12,555 nt of DNA from NCBI GenBank assembly GCA_964035545.1, contig CAXIUT010000052.1, forward strand, positions 1-12,555, given 5' to 3'. Origin of the DNA: Bugula neritina. Taxonomy: Eukaryota; Animalia; Bryozoa. How positions within the stretch are numbered: the first letter of the stretch is position 1; the number at the start of each line of letters is the position of its first letter. Positions 7,955-12,555 of the stretch are shown here, in pieces. The notes beneath the pieces are model-generated. The model saw only the letters and a list, made by a program, of their open reading frames with translations, was not told where the DNA came from and made no database searches. The position numbers and the translations under genes are program-made.

Positions 7955-10900
7955 ATGAAGTCTTTCAGCAAGGCAATCGTTCTTTCACTCCTAATAGTGA
8001 TGCTGTTCTCACACGAGTTCGGTGAACACGACTTCCATCAGTCATCCGCAAGTTCTGATCACTATAAACCAGTGCAGAGTAACTTAAATGTAATTCAGGT
8101 TAATCCAACGCTATTATCTCCTGCCCCATCAACCAAGTCTACGATAATTCGCTCTGGTAATGCGTCTGTATGATTGGTTATACCATGTCACATGGAATCT
8201 GCCAACCCAATGCCAATCATGATCCTGTCTGTGGTCGCAACCAAGTCTATAGAGATAAACGCTGCGTCTGCGCATAAGGTTTCTATCTCATCGGAAATAT
8301 CTGTCACGTCTGCCCTCCCTTCGAAACTTATGATGTCTACTCTAGATCCTGCGATTGTTCCGCTGGCTATGAAAGAATCAACGGAGATTGCACTCTTATT
8401 TTTGTACCTCCTCCAGTCATTCCTGAACCTCCAGTTCCAGAATGTGGAGTCAACTAACATTTAGTTGGAGGCATCTGCACATGTTTAAAAGATTTCTTTT
8501 TGGTTAAAGGAAAATGCACATACTGCGTTTCTCCTAACTTCTATGATCCCAGTTTGGCTATTTGCAGACCTACTTGCAAGAGCAACGAACAACTAGATAT
8601 CAACTCACTCAAATGTGTTTGTTTGTCAGGATATTTCAATATTAGAGGAGTTTGTGGAACTTGTCCTCCTTATGCTGTCTATAACAGCAGAAAAAGCGTA
8701 TGTGACTGTATTAAAGACTATGTCTTCAACGGAGGAAGATGTGTCCCTAAAACCTTTAGACCTTTGAGACCTCCAGGACTTCCAGTTGCTCCTAGAGATT
8801 GTCAAGATATCAATGCTTTTAGAATTAATGGAATTTGTGTTTGCAAATCAACTTTCCACTTAATCGGAGGAGTTTGTAGACAGTGCTAAGACAATACCTT
8901 CTATGATGTTGAACTTAATATCTGCAGAATTCCCTGTAATGTTAATGAAGCCTACAACACTCTTACCTCCCAATGTGACTGTTCCCCTAACTATTTCAGA
9001 GTCAATGGAGTTTGCATAACATGCAGAGGAGATTCTAGCTTCGACCCAGCTACTAGAACTTGTATTTGTCCTGAAGGAAAAAGTTTGGATGCTCAAGGTA
9101 ATTGCATAATTGGTTGTGGAATTAATCAAGTTTTCAAAAATGGAGCTTGTTGCTGCAAAACTGGCTACTACCCCGTCAATGGAATTTGCGGACAATGTCA
9201 ATGGAATGAAGTCTATGACAAAGCTCTCGGTATTTGCAGAGTTCCATGCGATGATAAAAGAATATTCGATATTAGTATTCAAAAGTGTGTCTGTCTTCCA
9301 CATTTCTGGGAGATGATAGATGGAACTTGTGGAACTTGTCCAGTTCACTCTCACTATTACGATAAAACAAAAACTTGTGTCTGTGACTAAGGATTTTCTA
9401 TGCATTTGGGCCTATGTATCCCTAAATGCAATGCTTTTGAAATATATAAAGACGGCAAATGCTAATGTAGAGAAGGCTACTACTTAATTGGCCACTCTTG
9501 TGGACTTTGTCCTCCAACTCTAATCTACAGCTCTACCTATCGTCTTTGTCATGCCGAATGCAAAAGAAACGAAGTCTGGGATCCAGTCATCAGAGGTTGC
9601 CGATGCAGACCAGGATACTCTCTTGTAGATGGAATTTGCGGTATGTGCCACGGAAAATATTAAACTTACAACCACAAAACCCAATGCTGTGATTGCGTTA
9701 GTGGCTATAAAAAAGTAAATGGACCTAGTTGTACTGGATCATGTCGCCCTATTTGCTCTCAAAACTAAAACTGGATCATCAATAGATGTGTCTGTAAGCC
9801 TGGATTTTACCTTATCAATAACTTCTGTACCAAGTGTCCTAAAGGACAGTTCTATGATATCTACCAACGTATCTGCAGAGTTAAATGTGGAACAAATCAA
9901 GTCTACAACTTTTTCCTTTAAAAATGCGAATGCGCTCAAGGATATTACATTGTTGATGGATCATGTTCTCGCTGTCAACCAGAATAAACCTATAATGAAT
10001 ATACTCAATCTTGCCACATCTCTCCTTGCCCAGGAGTCAACTAATACTTCTCAACAACTACTCAAACTTGCATCTGTAAACCCAGATACGTCAGAATTAG
10101 AGGAGTTTGTACAAACTGTAACCCTGGATACTACTACGATAGCTACTCTGATAGATGTCTATGCAAGCCAGGATATATTGAAAAGGGAGGTTTCTGTAAA
10201 GCTATTTGCCCTCGTGATCAAAAATATGTCAATGGTAAATGCCAATGCAACAATGGAGTACCTCTCTATAACGGACAATGCATCAAACCAAGAAGATGTC
10301 CCTTGAATGCCCATTACGATAAAAACTCAGGATGCTGTGTCTGTAATGCTGGATTCTCAGTCATTGGAGGAAGATGCAGCAGTTATCAATATTGTGGAGT
10401 TAATGGTTTCCTTAAATACGGACAGTGCTACTGCAATGAAGGATATTACTATATCCTTGGATCATGCAGAAGTTGTGGATAAAATGAAGCCTTCAACGGT
10501 GTTGCTTGTGAATGCTACCTCGGATATACTAGAGGAGTCAATGGAAACTGTATCATCTCCAACTCAAGACCTAATTGTCATCATAATGAAGTCTATGAAC
10601 CCTCACTGAGAGCCTGTGTTTGTGTTCAAGGCACTCAACTTCTCAGAGGAAAATGTATTGAAATTCCTACCTGCCCTCAAAACTCAATTTTCAACAGCGT
10701 TAAATGCGTTTGTTTATCAGGCTACATGATGTAAAACTAGGTTTGTGTCTCAGTAAATAAACCTATTCCAAGCTGCCCCAGCGGATCTTTCTTCAATGGT
10801 GTTTCTTGTACTTGCAACATTGGATTCTTCCAACAAGCCATCAGCTCTTGCGCTTCATGTCCATCAGGAACCCAATGGGACGGTCAAAAATGTGGATCTC

Positions 10901-11367
10901 AGCCTACTCAGACCTGTGCAGCTGGCTATGTTTACAACAGCAATATCAGACAATGTGAACCATCAGCACCATCTTGCGGTGATAACGCTTACTTCAATGG
11001 AGCTACCTGTGTTTGTCTTTCAGGATATCACTTTATCAACAACGTCTGTATCCAATGTCCTTCCGGAACTCAATTTGATGGTTCTCAATGTTCAGTAATC
11101 AAAGTAACTCCTATTCCTCCTCCCTGTGGATCCAATCAAGTTAGAGTAAACGACAAATGCGTTTGTAATGATGGATTATACATGATCAAGGGAGAATGTT
11201 TATCTTGTCCTCTTTATACCCACTGGAATGGTAAGTTCTGTCAGTGTGGATGTGATCCTGAATCATGGTGTTTAGGCCAACCTTTCAGTGTATGGGATAA
11301 TGACAATAAGATCTGCAATTGTTAGTCAGGATATACTCGGGTTAATGGTATCTGTATGATGCTTTGA
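7955..11367 (+). CDS. Large secreted cysteine-rich repeat protein, 1130 aa, one 20-nt intron (8079-8098)
   Basis: Signal peptide MKSFSKAIVLSLLIVMLFS. After the intron, a TGA-free frame of many CxxN(Q/E)x(Y/F)...CxCxxG(Y/F)...GxC modules with Pro-rich linkers, ending CMML-TGA at 11365-11367. No C-terminal TM or GPI signal. Confidence 0.92.
8079..8098 (+). other. 20-nt spliceosomal intron
   Basis: GTAACTTAAATGTAATTCAG; removal joins the signal-peptide exon to the Cys-rich frame. Confidence 0.9.
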
Positions 11368-11453
11368 TTTTATAGATCATAATTTATTAGAATCTTACAT
11401 ATTATATCATAGAAACTAGAATATAAATTTATATAAATTATCATAAAAATCTA

Positions 11454-11540
11454 GGGGTTGGGGTTGGGGTTGGGGTTGGGGTTGGGGTTGGGGTTGGGGT
11501 TGGGGTTGGGGTTGGGGTTGGGGTTGGGGTTGGGGTTGGG
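11454..11540 (+). repeat. Right telomere (TTGGGG)n of the 11.5-kb chromosome (internal in this window)
   Basis: 87-bp perfect G4T2 tract, 86 bp after the last stop codon, ending TTGGG. Confidence 0.95.
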
Positions 11541-11636
11541 AAGCTATTTTATTGAGGTAAAAAAAATCAAAGTCTATTTTTAACTTTCTTTGAAATGAAT
11601 AGATTTAACTATATATTTGATAAAATAACTCTTAAT

Positions 11637-11704
11637 GGGTTGGGGTTGGGGTTGGGGTTGGGGTTGGGGTTGGGGTTGGGGTTGGGGTTGGGGTTGGGGT
11701 TGGG
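11637..11704 (+). repeat. Internal telomeric tract (TTGGGG)n
   Basis: 68-bp G4T2 tract after 96 bp of unique AT-rich sequence, ending TTGGG. Confidence 0.95.
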
Positions 11705-11716
11705 CAAATTCAAAAG

Positions 11717-12253
11717 ATGAGTCAAACTCAAAACGTTCAAAGAGGTATCATCATGCTATGGTTCTTTCAAGTCATTCTCTTTCTCATAGCAGTCACCAGT
11801 AAACTCTGTAAAAAGCAAATAGACCCTATTGATTAAGATTAATAAGGAGGGAAAAAGTATCAAGATGGAAAAGAAAGTCAATAACGAATCGAAGGAGGTC
11901 CTGATTTCGATAAAGTAGCAGTTCAACGTTCTTAAATTGCCGAAGATGCTACCTGTGTAGATAAATTTTTCCATTCAATTCAGGAATATGGCTACTATTA
12001 TGCCCCAATTATGGTTTTGCTACCTTTAAATATCATAACAGGAACTTCTAAATCTTTTGCTTTTGTACTGTATTTCCTGATAAATTTGTCAATAAGCTTC
12101 TTCAGTATTGGTAAAGTACACAAAAAACTTACAGAAAACAAATGTGTATCTATCTTTTTCTAAAACTTATGGTTATTGCTCAGTTTCTTCTTCCTAGTCA
12201 ACCACTGGGGAGCTTCAACAATCGCCATGCCTTATATCGTAATTGGAAGTTGA
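11717..12253 (+). CDS. Hypothetical membrane protein with about 4 TM segments, 178 aa (possibly 5'-truncated; loosely MAPEG-like topology)
   Basis: Frame is open from the telomere junction at 11705 (first ATG 11717) to TGA at 12251-12253 with TAR=Gln. Hydrophobic segments: GIIMLWFFQVILFLIAVT, YYAPIMVLLPLNII, FAFVLYFLINLSISFFSIG, LWLLLSFFFLV. Confidence 0.7.
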
Positions 12254-12349
12254 TCAAATATAGCCACAATACTTATATCAATAATTATCTATTAATTCAT
12301 TACTCAATAGAATAAACAATTGAATTATTAATTTAACTTAACTTATTGA

Positions 12350-12436
12350 GGGGTTGGGGTTGGGGTTTGGGGTTGGGGTTGGGGTTGGGGTTGGGGTTGG
12401 GGTTGGGGTTGGGGTTGGGGTTGGGGTTGGGTTGGG
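12350..12436 (+). repeat. Internal telomeric tract (TTGGGG)n with variant units
   Basis: 87-bp tract containing T3G4, G5 and G3 variants, ending TTGGG. Confidence 0.95.
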
Positions 12437-12467
12437 ACATGTAGTAGCAATAATAGACAGAACCTAA

Positions 12468-12555
12468 GGGGTTGGGGTTGGGGTTGGGGTTGGGGTTGGG
12501 GTTTGGGGTTGGGGTTGGGGTTGGGGTTGGGGTTGGGGTTGGGGTTGGGGTTGGG
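12468..12555 (+). repeat. Terminal telomeric tract (TTGGGG)n
   Basis: 88-bp tract with one T3G4 variant, after a 31-bp unique spacer, ending TTGGG. Confidence 0.95.

Noticed and set aside
11621-11634. TAAAATAACTCTTA loosely resembling the Tetrahymena chromosome breakage sequence
   Set aside because: It lacks the conserved AAACCAACC core, and the Tetrahymena element is removed during breakage rather than retained.
1211-11974. Track ORFs antisense or out of frame to real genes (e.g. 1211-1732, 1371-1778, 2918-3139, 6298-6672, 8860-9405, 9719-10306, 11756-11974)
   Set aside because: They are shadows of genuine CDSs, produced by applying the standard genetic code.
12361-12510. Variant telomere units (T3G4, G5, G3) as Paramecium-like mixed telomeres
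   Set aside because: They are single-base homopolymer indels confined to the last two tracts, more consistent with read error than with G3T3 substitution repeats.
11454-12555. Repeat-spacer pattern resembling a CRISPR array
   Set aside because: The repeats are simple telomeric hexamers, spacers vary from 31 to 645 bp, the context is eukaryotic and no cas genes are present.

Overview
This is a ciliate macronuclear sequence, not prokaryotic. Bases 1-11540 form a complete telomere-to-telomere mini-chromosome, with (CCCCAA)n on the left and (TTGGGG)n on the right. It uses the ciliate code (TAA/TAG=Gln, TGA=stop), so the supplied standard-code ORF track is mostly fragments and antisense noise. 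Retranslated by hand, it carries eight genes. Six form three tightly packed head-to-head pairs: PIG-Q/Gpi1-like with RPS2, a coiled-coil hypothetical with a possible Alba-like protein, and an RNF5/RMA1-like RING E3 with a VAP/MSP protein. These are followed by two secreted cysteine-rich repeat proteins (309 and 1130 aa) that share upstream motifs. All five inferred introns are exactly 20 nt, with consensus GTAWYT-N6-TNA-NN-YAG: an invariant A at -6 and no G at +5. After the right telomere come three more unique-sequence + G-strand telomere units (96, 645 and 31 bp). One holds an intact membrane-protein ORF. Every telomere tract ends in the same register (TTGGG). These units are either ligation chimeras of chromosome ends or real interstitial telomeres. 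All protein identities come from motif recognition by eye, not database searches.
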